This document shows, piece after piece, positions 19,366 to 29,059 of a DNA stretch of 64,000 nucleotides. The notes beneath the pieces are model-generated. The model was not told the origin of the DNA. It saw only the letters and a list, made by a program, of their open reading frames with translations, and made no database searches. Positions within the stretch are counted from its first letter, which is position 1. Every line of letters begins with the position of its first letter. The stretch covers positions 124,001 through 188,000 of IMG/VR virus record IMGVR_UViG_3300024503_000015. One strand, given 5' to 3'. The position numbers and the translations under genes are program-made.

Positions 19366-20207
19366 ACAGCCATATCTGCTTTAATAGCAGGATCTGGATT
19401 ATAGTTTTCCAACATAAAATCGTCGACTACATAGTCGGCGATTTTTTTTCCTACTGTAATAAACAATGTTGGTAATTGCTTTGGGGTGCGGGCTAGTTGT
19501 TCATTGACTGCGTCAATATGATTATTGTAGATGTGACAGTCTCCCCCAGTCCATACAAAATCGCCTACTTTTAAATTACACTCTCTAGCAATAATATGTG
19601 TAAGTAAACTGTAACTGGCAATGTTAAATGGTACACCTAAGAACATATCGCAACTACGTTGATATAGTTGACAACTTAGATACCCGTCAGTAACATTAAA
19701 TTGACTTAATATATGACATGGCGGTAATGCCATTTGATCGAGCTCTCCGGGATTCCATGCAGTCATAATATGTCTACGACTACCTGGATCTTTCTTAATC
19801 CCTTCGATTAAATTCTCAAGTTGATCGATGTCGGAGTTTAGAAAAGGTCGTTGCCAATGACGCCATTGTACTCCGTAAACCCGACCTAGATCGCCTTCGA
19901 ACTTTGCTTTTGGTTTCCAGTAATCTGCTTCTGCATTAGCAGTCCAAATAGTATTTTTACTGGAGTCTCTTGTGCCATGTAGGATTTCTGCAAGACGGCG
20001 TTCGTCGCCGCTACCTTCTAAAAACCAAAGAAGTTCCGAAACTACTGCTCGCCAAGCGAGCTTCTTAGTAGTAACTGCGGGAAAACCTTCTTGCAGATTA
20101 AAACGCATTTGATAACCAAACACGCTACGAGTACCTACACCCGTCCTATCAGTCTTGTTCTTTCCGTTTTCTAGTATTTGTTTTAGTGCTTCGTGATATT
20201 GTTTCAT
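19362..20207 (-). CDS. thyA: Thymidylate synthase
   Basis: DRTGVGT, catalytic PPCH, YQRSCDMFLGVPFNIASY, GDCHIYNNH. Confidence 0.97.
   Translation of the reverse strand: MKQYHEALKQILENGKNKTDRTGVGTRSVFGYQMRFNLQEGFPAVTTKKLAWRAVVSELLWFLEGSGDERRLAEILHGTRDSSKNTIWTANAEADYWKPKAKFEGDLGRVYGVQWRHWQRPFLNSDIDQLENLIEGIKKDPGSRRHIMTAWNPGELDQMALPPCHILSQFNVTDGYLSCQLYQRSCDMFLGVPFNIASYSLLTHIIARECNLKVGDFVWTGGDCHIYNNHIDAVNEQLARTPKQLPTLFITVGKKIADYVVDDFMLENYNPDPAIKADMAV
19416..19449 (+). terminator. Rho-independent terminator of the structural operon, inside the thyA coding sequence on the other strand
   Basis: AAAATCGTCGACT-ACAT-AGTCGGCGATTTT stem (one G-U pair) followed by a T-run, 50 nt after the fibre stop. 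Confidence 0.65.
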
Positions 20208-20682
20208 TGTGATATTCTTCTACTATACAGGTTCCTAAGTTAACAGTTTGATGTAATTTCATACCATCTAAGAACTCTGTTAAATCTATACTAGTATCGT
20301 TTAAGTATTCGCCTTGTATTCTAGTTAAGTAAACTTTATCTAAAACTGGTTTGCTTTGTAATAGTAAATTTGGTCCACCGATTACAAATATGTTTTTGCG
20401 TCTATTTGTCTGTTTTAAACTTTTTAATGCTTCGCAGGCATCGCCGCGAATTTGTTCTATATCTTCACGTTCTAAAAACTTGTTAGTAAAAAGAACATTT
20501 AATCGTCCAGGTAATGGGCTAGGCATATCGGGACTTTCCCAAGTCTTACGACCCATAACAACGACTTGATTTTGTGTAACGGATTTAAACCATTTCATAT
20601 CGTCCTTGTTACTAGGCCACGGTAACGACCCTTTCCACCCCATACCACCTATATCATCTACTGCAAATAAAGCCGCTATCAT
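20149..20682 (-). CDS. folA: Dihydrofolate reductase
   Basis: GGMGWKGSLPW, VVMGRKTWES, PLPGRLN, FVIGG; adjacent to thyA. Confidence 0.93.
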   Translation of the reverse strand: MIAALFAVDDIGGMGWKGSLPWPSNKDDMKWFKSVTQNQVVVMGRKTWESPDMPSPLPGRLNVLFTNKFLEREDIEQIRGDACEALKSLKQTNRRKNIFVIGGPNLLLQSKPVLDKVYLTRIQGEYLNDTSIDLTEFLDGMKLHQTVNLGTCIVEEYHNETISRSTKTNTRKRKEQD

Positions 20683-20685
20683 AAT

Positions 20686-21000
20686 TTATTTTTTTGGTTT
20701 TTTAAGAAAACTCTTTGTTTGTTTCATTACATCTTTCTTCACACGCTCAACGTCTAACCTGAAGTCTATATGTTCAATAGAATCCTCATAGGTTGTGATT
20801 AGTTCAGAAAGATGTGCTTCAAGATCGTCTATGCTGTTTTTTCTAGCGTGATCGTCGATGTTAATATCCCATACCTTCCCATCTTTGAAGATGATTCTCA
20901 TCGAATACAAATATGGGATAGGTATTGCTTTTACATCTACATCGCTAAAAACCTCTGGCCATTGATCTACAACATCTTTTGGCAGAGATTTTTTCTTCAC
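20686..21000 (-). CDS. Hypothetical protein, 104 aa
   Basis: Co-oriented ORF with coupled overlaps. Confidence 0.55.
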   Translation of the reverse strand: MKKKSLPKDVVDQWPEVFSDVDVKAIPIPYLYSMRIIFKDGKVWDINIDDHARKNSIDDLEAHLSELITTYEDSIEHIDFRLDVERVKKDVMKQTKSFLKKPKK

Positions 21001-21614
21001 GCTTCAGCAGTAGCCTTCTTCTTAGTCGGTACCAGTGCTTCTGCTTGACGACGAAGTTCAGCGGCTTCTTTGCTCAAACGATCTGCTTGGCTTCGATAAG
21101 ACTTTGCTAGGTCCTCGTCAGATAAAGGTTGCTCATTAATTTTTGCAACTTGGCTTTCGGCTACAACATCTGTCTTAGTAGTTTCTGTAATGTCTTTTAC
21201 AGTAGCAACTTCAGTGGCTTGGGATCCATTGCCCAGTGCTAAGTCATTAACACTAATGCCTCTTTGCTCTGCAATGATTTGATTAAGTTGATCTAAACTA
21301 ATAGTCGACTGCATCGTTGGAATCATTTCAATTTCAGATGTTTTAACTTTAAGCAATTTGCTATTAAAATGCAAATTGGCAAGCATGATACTACCGTCTG
21401 GGAAATTTGTACGAGCCATTGCTTCTGCAAATTCGTATGCACTTTGTCCTGCTGGGCTTTCGACTAATTTAATAAGAGAATCATGTTGATCATCAGATAA
21501 ACTAGCAGTATCGATAACTAGTGCGGCATCACTTTCACCGGGTAGTGTTCTATAAGCAACGATAACTTTACGTCCGTTTGCTTTAATGCGTCCTACGTGT
21601 TTTAAATTAACCAT
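20997..21614 (-). CDS. Hypothetical protein (likely start MVNLKHVG at 21614)
   Basis: AAGGA RBS upstream of the ATG at 21614; C-terminal coiled coil. Confidence 0.55.
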   Translation of the reverse strand: MVNLKHVGRIKANGRKVIVAYRTLPGESDAALVIDTASLSDDQHDSLIKLVESPAGQSAYEFAEAMARTNFPDGSIMLANLHFNSKLLKVKTSEIEMIPTMQSTISLDQLNQIIAEQRGISVNDLALGNGSQATEVATVKDITETTKTDVVAESQVAKINEQPLSDEDLAKSYRSQADRLSKEAAELRRQAEALVPTKKKATAEA

Positions 21615-21840
21615 TTTGTTGTTGTCCTTGTTTAGCAACGCCCTCTAAAAATCCATTGAGTTTGTTATAAACTCCGCCCACGGCCGCCATTTCGCCAGGT
21701 TTAAATGCACCACGCTGTGCCGCAAGGTCGATGATGCTTCTTAGTAGGTTTAAATCTTGAACATTTAAGTCTACTGATTGTTGCGCTTCTGCTGGCGCAG
21801 GTTGTTGTGCTACTTCTTGAGTTTCGGTTTTTTCGGTCAT
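21607..21840 (-). CDS. Hypothetical protein, 77 aa
   Basis: GGAG RBS; co-oriented. Confidence 0.6.
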   Translation of the reverse strand: MTEKTETQEVAQQPAPAEAQQSVDLNVQDLNLLRSIIDLAAQRGAFKPGEMAAVGGVYNKLNGFLEGVAKQGQQQNG

Positions 21841-21872
21841 AATTATACTCCTTTGTATTATTATATATGCAG

Positions 21873-22157
21873 TTAATTATTTAGATACTTTAAATGTGAA
21901 CACGCCAGTAAAAAGAAACTGGCTTCTTTTGGCTCTTCAAAACCAACTTTAATTTTGGTTTGATATTGATTATTTTCTAACACTAAACACTCGCCAATAT
22001 AAAATCGGTGTTTAAGATTTTCGTAAATCCAATCCTTAACGGATGCTACAATATTATATTTTAGATCCAAATAGTAGTAATGGAAATAGGGAGGCGGATC
22101 CTGCACCTCCCTACAGCCTAACACATTAAGTGGATTTATTTTAGCATTATTTGCCAT
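21873..22157 (-). CDS. Hypothetical protein, 94 aa
   Basis: Co-oriented ORF coupled to the VWA gene. Confidence 0.5.
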   Translation of the reverse strand: MANNAKINPLNVLGCREVQDPPPYFHYYYLDLKYNIVASVKDWIYENLKHRFYIGECLVLENNQYQTKIKVGFEEPKEASFFLLACSHLKYLNN

Positions 22158-23335
22158 TATTTCTTATCAGGAAACTCGTAGTATGCGTATGTACCAAATG
22201 GCGGAACAATAGTGTCGTTACCGTGAATAATAAAAATTGTATCACAGTAATCTTCATCACCCCAACTGTCCCAAGGATAACCGTCTGTGAACATGATAAA
22301 CTTCTTAGGGTTAATGTCATGTTCTTTCATGTATTCCCAGTTACAATCAAAGTCAGTGCCGCCACCGCCCATTAATTCATACTCGCCAATTTCTTCAGAA
22401 GTATATCCGTTAAAGTCTTGTTCATTATATACCTTAGTGTCAAAGCACCAGATTTTAATGTTGAAGTCTTTAAACTCTTCCATAATGCCTTTAATTTCGC
22501 CTAGGAAGTCTGAACCCATAGCATCAGTAATACTACCAGACATATCCAAAGATACACAAATATCGATGCTAGTATCAAAATTACAACCAGGCAAAATTGC
22601 GCCAGTCATTTGACCTTTGCGACTTGGACGAGCCCAACTAAAGTCGTTTTTAATTGTGCTCTGGATTTGCTGACGTAACAGTTCACGCCAGTTCATCTTT
22701 GGTTCAGTCATTTCCTTAATCATACGAGCAATATCACCAGGCACATTACCTGCGCCTGCGGCCTGTGCGGCTTGAATCATTGCTTCTTTGATTTCGTCGC
22801 GAATCTTTTTCAATTCTTCTTTACTATATTTTGGACCTTTGCCGTCGCCGTCTTTATCCGGATCCAAATGTTCGTCCAACAGTTCGCCAAGTGCGGCTAA
22901 TTGTTCATCGTCGTATTTGCTATAGATTTCGTCATACACTTGTTCCGCACTCCAACCGTCATACTTGCGGTCATAGAAAAATTTAACTGGAGGATCGTCT
23001 CCGATACGTTCGCGTTTTAGCAAACCGTTTACGCAATAGTCAGCGGCAATATTCCAAACTTTCTTATCGCGACTTTCTACACGCATCATATGGTCATAAA
23101 CACAATGCAAAATTTCGTGTGCTACAACGAATTCAACTTGTCTAGGAGTCATCTTTTCGAAGAACTCTCTGTTAAAGTAAAAATTACGGAAGTCTGTTGC
23201 GGCAGTGGGCAACCAATCGCTTGCATCGACAAGTTTCATGCGAGTAGCCATATTGCCAAAAAATGGATGACGTAATAGCAAACCAACTCGTGCTACAACA
23301 ATCTTGTCGATAATTGGATCTAGTGAATGTGACAT
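22157..23335 (-). CDS. Metallopeptidase-like (HExxH) + VWA domain protein, partner of the MoxR AAA
   Basis: VAHEILH zincin motif; MIDAS DMSGS...GGGGTDF...FTDGY. Confidence 0.85.
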   Translation of the reverse strand: MSHSLDPIIDKIVVARVGLLLRHPFFGNMATRMKLVDASDWLPTAATDFRNFYFNREFFEKMTPRQVEFVVAHEILHCVYDHMMRVESRDKKVWNIAADYCVNGLLKRERIGDDPPVKFFYDRKYDGWSAEQVYDEIYSKYDDEQLAALGELLDEHLDPDKDGDGKGPKYSKEELKKIRDEIKEAMIQAAQAAGAGNVPGDIARMIKEMTEPKMNWRELLRQQIQSTIKNDFSWARPSRKGQMTGAILPGCNFDTSIDICVSLDMSGSITDAMGSDFLGEIKGIMEEFKDFNIKIWCFDTKVYNEQDFNGYTSEEIGEYELMGGGGTDFDCNWEYMKEHDINPKKFIMFTDGYPWDSWGDEDYCDTIFIIHGNDTIVPPFGTYAYYEFPDKK

Positions 23336-23365
23336 TTATGCTCCGTTTCTTTACTGTATGTTTAT

Positions 23366-23394
23366 ATTATACAGTCACTTCTATACTTTGTCAA
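23366..23394 (-). promoter_or_regulatory. Consensus sigma70 promoter
   Basis: TTGACA-17 nt-TATAAT exact, upstream of the VWA gene with GGAG RBS. Confidence 0.85.
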
Positions 23395-23397
23395 GGT

Positions 23398-23421
23398 TAG
23401 AGGTGCATCTCTGCACCTCTA
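23398..23421 (-). other. 10-bp hairpin with GAGA (GNRA) loop between the AAA and VWA genes
   Basis: TAGAGGTGCA-GAGA-TGCACCTCTA on the minus strand; no U-tract in the transcribed direction. Confidence 0.6.
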
Positions 23422-23427
23422 TTTTGG

Positions 23428-24528
23428 TTATCGCTTGTCCTGAGCGGCCGCGATGTACTTACCAAACTTTTCGTGGAACTCATCGAAACACTCGATTTCG
23501 TCTGGATCTAACGGAAGTTGATATTGGGTAAGTGCAAGTTTGGTGCCCATAACAACCAATTCAGTTTCAAAATTATCCATCATAAAACGGAAGAAGTTAT
23601 TAACCTTCTCGTCAAATTTCTTGTCTTGCTTTTCGGTTGCATCTTTCAACTCGTAGCACATAGACACAGTCAAAGAATACATAGCAGAAATTTCAATTTT
23701 GGAATCTAATTTCTTAACTTTACCGGCCAAAATATCTTCTGGCTTAGGCAGTTTGCTAGACACTTTTCGGTGTGCCATAAACTTAAGAGCAAGACCTTCA
23801 CCCACTGCACCGGAAATCAAATCCATCAGCGTTTCATCGTTTGTGTCATCTTCCTCTAAAAGCTCAGAAACGAAACTCCAAGAACGGGGTGTTGCAAATG
23901 CACGGCTTGAAGACTTAGGATCGAAGTCGTACAAGTCTTTCTTGGCAAAAGTAACGTAGCCGACAACATCTTTGTGTACACGGTTGTTAGTAGCCCACAA
24001 AGACCAGTCATCAAAGTCTACACGCATTTCCAAGTGAACGAAACGATTAGCCAACGGTGCTGGCATACGATATGTAACACCTTTGTCTGCTTCGCGGTTA
24101 CCAGCCGCAACAATCAAAACGTTATCTGGCAGTTTGTACTGTCCCACACGACGGTTCAAAATAAGTTGATAAGCGGCGGCTTGTACGCTAGGAGCCGCAG
24201 AGTTCATTTCGTCCAAGAACAAAATTACATTAGGGAATTTAGATGCAAGTTCTTCGGTGGGTAGTTCGCTTGGGCTACCCCAAACCATAGTGCCTGAATT
24301 GGTATCAAAATATGGAATACCTTTGATATCTGTAGGTTCCCAAAGGCTTAGGCGAATGTCAATGACATGGGCACCCATCTCTGCACCAATTTGGTGAATA
24401 ATATCGGATTTACCAATGCCCGGAGGACCCCAAAGGAACAACGGACGCTGTTTCTTAAATGCCTTACGAATAGCGTTCTTTGCACCGTTCGGGCTAACTT
24501 GACGATTGACTACTTCTGCTTTTGCCAT
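23428..24528 (-). CDS. MoxR-like AAA+ ATPase
   Basis: Walker A WGPPGIGKS, Walker B LFLDE, sensor AGNR, LANRF; start MAKAEVV after AGGAG. Confidence 0.88.
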   Translation of the reverse strand: MAKAEVVNRQVSPNGAKNAIRKAFKKQRPLFLWGPPGIGKSDIIHQIGAEMGAHVIDIRLSLWEPTDIKGIPYFDTNSGTMVWGSPSELPTEELASKFPNVILFLDEMNSAAPSVQAAAYQLILNRRVGQYKLPDNVLIVAAGNREADKGVTYRMPAPLANRFVHLEMRVDFDDWSLWATNNRVHKDVVGYVTFAKKDLYDFDPKSSSRAFATPRSWSFVSELLEEDDTNDETLMDLISGAVGEGLALKFMAHRKVSSKLPKPEDILAGKVKKLDSKIEISAMYSLTVSMCYELKDATEKQDKKFDEKVNNFFRFMMDNFETELVVMGTKLALTQYQLPLDPDEIECFDEFHEKFGKYIAAAQDKR

Positions 24529-24577
24529 TACATGCTCCTGTGTTAAAAATGATTGCAATTAATTTCGCAGTATCATT

Positions 24578-24606
24578 AGTATAACGCCACTCCGCAGGAA
24601 TGTCAA
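24578..24606 (-). promoter_or_regulatory. sigma70 promoter
   Basis: TTGACA-17 nt-TATACT upstream of the AAA gene. Confidence 0.8.
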
Positions 24607-24614
24607 CGTGATTT

Positions 24615-25016
24615 TTAAAAAGTTTTGTGGGTTTTTGGTAATTCGCGCTTCATAGCCTTAATCAAACCATATTTTCGAACATCGCCCGAAAATAAGTGTA
24701 GTTCTATGGCTTTACGCTCGCTCAAAACTGTAATTGAGTCTTCTGTAAGATGATATGGACAGTCCAAAAATTTGTCCAAATATAATAGTACCTGTGGTTT
24801 TAAATCCAAATCAGGTGGAAACGGAACTTCGTAAACTTTGATATCCAAAACTTCAGTTATGTAACGCAGGCCTTCGTCTGTTAGTCTGAGACTTTCACGC
24901 TCTTTGGCTCTGTTGTTTTTCCACCACAATCTTGTTTTAATTTTAAGATTTTCTTCGCTCAAAGCCTCTCCAGATTCTTTAATAAAAATCTTAGTATAGG
25001 CCTGCTTGGTGTTCAT
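24615..25016 (-). CDS. Hypothetical protein, 133 aa
   Basis: Co-oriented, coupled overlap. Confidence 0.55.
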   Translation of the reverse strand: MNTKQAYTKIFIKESGEALSEENLKIKTRLWWKNNRAKERESLRLTDEGLRYITEVLDIKVYEVPFPPDLDLKPQVLLYLDKFLDCPYHLTEDSITVLSERKAIELHLFSGDVRKYGLIKAMKRELPKTHKTF

Positions 25017-25297
25017 TTAAGTTCTTCGCCAGTGGTTAGTTTGTAAACAGCAAAGTCGGTTGAATTGAAAAGTGTATTAAGTTTCTTTGCCAAATTGTGT
25101 GCATGGCCAGGATTGCTAAAACTAACTTTTTTATATTTGCTTCCTGGATAACCGCTAAGACTATTTTGACTTTTTAAGTTAAAAGGTTTACCCTGATAGA
25201 ATACCGCCCAAATTGCCTCGGCTTCTAAAATTTGGTCACTTTTAAATGTCTTCTTGTTAATTTTTTCCAATACAACTGTTGGCTTTGGGCGACTCAT
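25013..25297 (-). CDS. Hypothetical protein (start MSRPKP)
   Basis: GAGGA RBS before the ATG at 25297; GATAAATA at 25333-25326 upstream. Confidence 0.6.
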   Translation of the reverse strand: MSRPKPTVVLEKINKKTFKSDQILEAEAIWAVFYQGKPFNLKSQNSLSGYPGSKYKKVSFSNPGHAHNLAKKLNTLFNSTDFAVYKLTTGEELK

Positions 25298-25325
25298 ATA
25301 TACGTTCCTCAATAATATACGTATA

Positions 25326-25333
25326 TATTTATC
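25326..25333 (-). promoter_or_regulatory. Late-like promoter GATAAATA
   Basis: Same octamer as at 12563 and 17392, intergenic. Confidence 0.55.
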
Positions 25334-25339
25334 CAAAAA

Positions 25340-25585
25340 TTACATCTTTTGGTCCCAACTTCCTCCGTCCATTTCGACCTTAACTACAGTATCGTCCTTG
25401 CGAGATTCTTGTATTAGACCTTCATAGTTACCTGCTAGTCTAGTCATAACCATACCTAATGTATAGGCAAGATTTTTAGCAGTAGCCATGTCGAATCTAA
25501 CTTCTCTTTGATTGCCTAAATCGGCACCCTTAATGGTTTGAAGCACCTGTTGTATTACCGCGGTATTGATTTTATTTTCTTGCAT
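25340..25585 (-). CDS. Hypothetical protein, 81 aa
   Basis: Co-oriented ORF. Confidence 0.5.
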   Translation of the reverse strand: MQENKINTAVIQQVLQTIKGADLGNQREVRFDMATAKNLAYTLGMVMTRLAGNYEGLIQESRKDDTVVKVEMDGGSWDQKM

Positions 25586-26114
25586 TTGATAACCTGTGTT
25601 TCATTTCTATTTCTGTTTTAAACGGTCCTTCATACGGATAACGTTCGATAGTAATTAGTTTAGGACAGAAACTACGCACCCAACCTTTATCAAATTTAAT
25701 AATATAATATCCGGCGCAGTAAACACTTTTAGATTTATTACTCTTTGTAAACAACGGTAAATGACGTTTAACATCGAATAACGGATTGTATGGAAGTGTG
25801 CTAGTTGGATAACCGTGTACTTCTAAATCTTCTTCGGACTTAACTTTCTTTTCTAAAGTTTTCTTTATAAAAAATTCAGGACCAAATCGTTCTACAATTT
25901 TCTTTTTTGTATCGAATGTAGTAATAGCATTTTTAGAACTAAAGATATATTTCTTTTGTTCGGTGATTTTTAATACACCTACTTTATTGCCATTTTCTTC
26001 TACTATCCAAAACTTACCATCGACTACGGGTTTGGCGTGTATCTCTGTCATATTAGGACTCCAACAATTTTCTGTTTTGTTTTCACAAGTATCTTCGTAC
26101 TGGCAAATTTTCAT
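25572..26114 (-). CDS. Hypothetical protein, 180 aa (alternative start 26051)
   Basis: Co-oriented, overlaps the RNase H stop. Confidence 0.55.
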   Translation of the reverse strand: MKICQYEDTCENKTENCWSPNMTEIHAKPVVDGKFWIVEENGNKVGVLKITEQKKYIFSSKNAITTFDTKKKIVERFGPEFFIKKTLEKKVKSEEDLEVHGYPTSTLPYNPLFDVKRHLPLFTKSNKSKSVYCAGYYIIKFDKGWVRSFCPKLITIERYPYEGPFKTEIEMKHRLSNARK

Positions 26115-27079
26115 TTATGATATCTCGCATTGAGTGGTTCGGCATACTGCTGTGCTTGATCTGAAATCTTTTTAAGATCATATAATTGACAAAACTTAAG
26201 AAGACGTATACCGACCTGGCTTACATTCTTTTCTTTGTCGATATTATCTTTAATGGTACCGAAGATTTTTTCTTTAATATCGCTAGGTTGTGCCGCTAAA
26301 TCTATTAACTGTCTATTACGTTCGTAGTCATCTTTAACACGATGTTCGACTCCGTTATGGTCTACCCAACGTTGCAACATGAGATTGTTCCAAGCGAATC
26401 CCTGTGCTTCTCTGTCTTTAAATGCTTCTTGTAGTTTGTTTACACGCACCTTAGGATATGCACTAAACACGTTATCGCTACTATCTCCACGAATACATTT
26501 TTCAAACAATAACCACTTTGGATCAGGAATTGCCTTAGGTTCTTTAGTTTTGTTATCTATAACAAGTTTACCTTTCTTGTCAAAGATACCTTCGTGTGTA
26601 ATATGATGTTCTTGAACACCGTTATACTGACTCACGTTGGGCGCAATTAACTGTACAAAATCGCTGTCTGTTGAGATAATCACGTGCTTGTCTTCTGGAT
26701 GACTCTGAATCCACCCAGCAATTAAGTCATCTGCTTCTAGTTCGCCGTGCTGTAGTACAGTACAGTTAGTTTTTTCAATAATAAATTCTTTGAACTTATC
26801 AAAACTTTCCCAGAATAGTTGATCCTCTTCTTGTTCTTTGACAGTTAATGCCGCACGAGCATCGCTACGATTGCGTTTGTACGGTTCGTAGTAATCTTTG
26901 CGCCATGAGCGACCTTCGAGGCAGAATACTACATGGCTACCGCCAAAGTCTTGCCAGGCCTTTTTGATACTGTTTAAAGTGATGTGAAACGCCATGCCAA
27001 GTTTAATGTCAGCATCGCCCTTAATTACGTGTCTAGCACGAAAGAATGTGTTAGCAGTATCTACTAAAATATATGTCAT
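26111..27079 (-). CDS. rnh: T4 RNase H-like 5'-3' exonuclease (FEN/PIN fold)
   Basis: ILVDTAN, EADDLIA, STDSDFVQL, RGDSSDNV acidic motifs. Confidence 0.88.
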   Translation of the reverse strand: MTYILVDTANTFFRARHVIKGDADIKLGMAFHITLNSIKKAWQDFGGSHVVFCLEGRSWRKDYYEPYKRNRSDARAALTVKEQEEDQLFWESFDKFKEFIIEKTNCTVLQHGELEADDLIAGWIQSHPEDKHVIISTDSDFVQLIAPNVSQYNGVQEHHITHEGIFDKKGKLVIDNKTKEPKAIPDPKWLLFEKCIRGDSSDNVFSAYPKVRVNKLQEAFKDREAQGFAWNNLMLQRWVDHNGVEHRVKDDYERNRQLIDLAAQPSDIKEKIFGTIKDNIDKEKNVSQVGIRLLKFCQLYDLKKISDQAQQYAEPLNARYHK

Positions 27080-27528
27080 GAAACCTCAGACTTGCCTTCG
27101 GCAATCTTTTTAACATTAATAAATCCAGCACCTCTATCTGACATATCGATGCCCTCTTCGCTGGCTACATTTTTGCATAGTTCTCTAAACCAACGATCCA
27201 CAATTTCTTCATCAGGATCGCCATCAAATCCATAACCCGCTTGTTTTAATTGTACTACAAATTCATCGTTCCAGTCAATCTCGAAGAAACCATTCTTTAA
27301 GTTATCTTTATTGACATGTGTCTCCAAAACAGCGACCCAAGGTTCTCCTTTGGCTGTAGCACGGTCTTTTGGAGTCATTTTAGCCAATTCTTCTTCGCGT
27401 TTGGCTACTGCTTCTTTGGCTGTTGCTTCTTCAGCACGGGCAAGTGCTTCTGCACGTTCTTTTTCTAGACGTTCTTTTTCTGCTTCTAATTTGTCTATGC
27501 CAAATAATTTTTTAATAATTGCTTTCAT
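27076..27528 (-). CDS. Hypothetical protein (start MKAIIKK)
   Basis: GGGGG RBS before the ATG at 27528; N-terminal coiled coil. Confidence 0.55.
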   Translation of the reverse strand: MKAIIKKLFGIDKLEAEKERLEKERAEALARAEEATAKEAVAKREEELAKMTPKDRATAKGEPWVAVLETHVNKDNLKNGFFEIDWNDEFVVQLKQAGYGFDGDPDEEIVDRWFRELCKNVASEEGIDMSDRGAGFINVKKIAEGKSEVS

Positions 27529-28195
27529 GTTTCCCCCATACCCGCGATTGCGGATAAAAAAATGCGTTTTCGTTTTGCCCCATATCCCAAATAATACTGC
27601 CCATTGTATTTCTTTCATTTAGTGGCAACGATTGAATAAAAGTATTTGTACTATAACGAACACCTTTAGTTATTGGTTTAACTTCGTGTACCCAAAGAGG
27701 ATCTGCTGGAAAAATCATAGCATCTCCTTTATTCAATTTAACTTCGTATCTGCCATTCCAAAAAGTAAATTCGCCACCTTCATAGTCGTCATTTAATGAA
27801 ATAGTACAACTGGCGTGAATCATTTCCTCCCAATCCACATGAGGATGTATCCATTCGCCGACTTCGTATTTCATAAGTCGGTGCATGTGGGAAAATCTTA
27901 AAGATTTTTTTAATGCTGTAGTGTGAAACGCTTTAAACTCTTCTAGATATGTTATCCAATCTTCGATAATTTTATTTGTATGATTATGTACTACTAAAAA
28001 GTTTTCTGTATCAGGAATTAACTCTACTCTTTTAAAAGTAGAAGTAGTCATTTTATTAGTTACGGCGTGTATGCAACTTTCTTGAACCGCACTGGCAGAA
28101 CGCAATTCGTATTCGTCAATTAACGAATTGCATTGGTCTTCTGTTAATGCGTTTCTAACAACAAAAATTAAATCGGATAACTTTATATCTTCCAT
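27512..28195 (-). CDS. 2OG-Fe(II) oxygenase (prolyl-4-hydroxylase-like)
   Basis: HxD (HVD), LNDDYEGGEF, distal HEV, RYS 2-oxoglutarate ligand motif. Confidence 0.88.
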   Translation of the reverse strand: MEDIKLSDLIFVVRNALTEDQCNSLIDEYELRSASAVQESCIHAVTNKMTTSTFKRVELIPDTENFLVVHNHTNKIIEDWITYLEEFKAFHTTALKKSLRFSHMHRLMKYEVGEWIHPHVDWEEMIHASCTISLNDDYEGGEFTFWNGRYEVKLNKGDAMIFPADPLWVHEVKPITKGVRYSTNTFIQSLPLNERNTMGSIIWDMGQNENAFFYPQSRVWGKHESNY

Positions 28196-29059
28196 TTATG
28201 TTCCCCACTCATTTTTAAAGAGTGGAACTTGTAATCTATCGCTGTAGCGTAAACCGTTTTTCATTGCTAGTTCCGCTACACGCCTGTTGTTAAGAGTATA
28301 GACACTTTCAACGCCACCCACGGGCATAAGATATATAGGACCGGTAAAACCATTTTCTCTATAAATGTCAGCAGTTTCAATTGCTTCCTCCGCATCTTCT
28401 TCTGTGGCCACTACAAATTTAAGATATGTATGACCGTATTCTTCGTATTCACAAACTACGTCTGGACGAATTGCTTCGTGACGTTCTTCACCGGAGCAAC
28501 TTAATTTAGCACTAACACTAAATGTAACTTCTCGCCAAAAATCTTTATCGCTGTGATATTTCCATGTGTGCAGATATTGCTTGAACTCGTCGGTGAGTTT
28601 TTGAGTACCATTCGTTTCAAATGTAATCTCTTTTAAGTTTGTCATTTTTGGATGGTCGAGCAAGTCTGGATACGCTCGTTGCCATCCAAGCAAAGGTTCC
28701 CCTCCGGTAATGACCAAGTGTTCGTCTCGCCATTCGTTGAAGGGTAGAATCTCTGCGATCCTGTCTGCGATGGCGTCTGAAGTGAGCATTGGACTAAGAT
28801 CCTTAAAGCGAGGATCCCAACTAGCATAACTATCACAGCCCGTAGATACCAAAGGAAGTTCTTCATATTTTTTATATGGGGTTCGTTCATGTTGGATTGC
28901 AATATCTTCAACTTCTGTACTTAGTTCACCTTTTGGTAATCCAAAGCCAGCACATTTAAAGTTACAACCAAATGTTCTCAAGAAAACAGACGGTACACCC
29001 ATGTAACGTCCTTCGCCTTGAATACTATAAAATAATTCTGCAATTTTTAATTTGCTCAT
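28196..29059 (-). CDS. queE: 7-carboxy-7-deazaguanine synthase (radical SAM)
   Basis: ELFYSIQGEG, FLRTFGCNFKC...(insert)...CDS, ITGGEPLL, FETNGT, SDRLQVPLF. Confidence 0.92.
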   Translation of the reverse strand: MSKLKIAELFYSIQGEGRYMGVPSVFLRTFGCNFKCAGFGLPKGELSTEVEDIAIQHERTPYKKYEELPLVSTGCDSYASWDPRFKDLSPMLTSDAIADRIAEILPFNEWRDEHLVITGGEPLLGWQRAYPDLLDHPKMTNLKEITFETNGTQKLTDEFKQYLHTWKYHSDKDFWREVTFSVSAKLSCSGEERHEAIRPDVVCEYEEYGHTYLKFVVATEEDAEEAIETADIYRENGFTGPIYLMPVGGVESVYTLNNRRVAELAMKNGLRYSDRLQVPLFKNEWGT

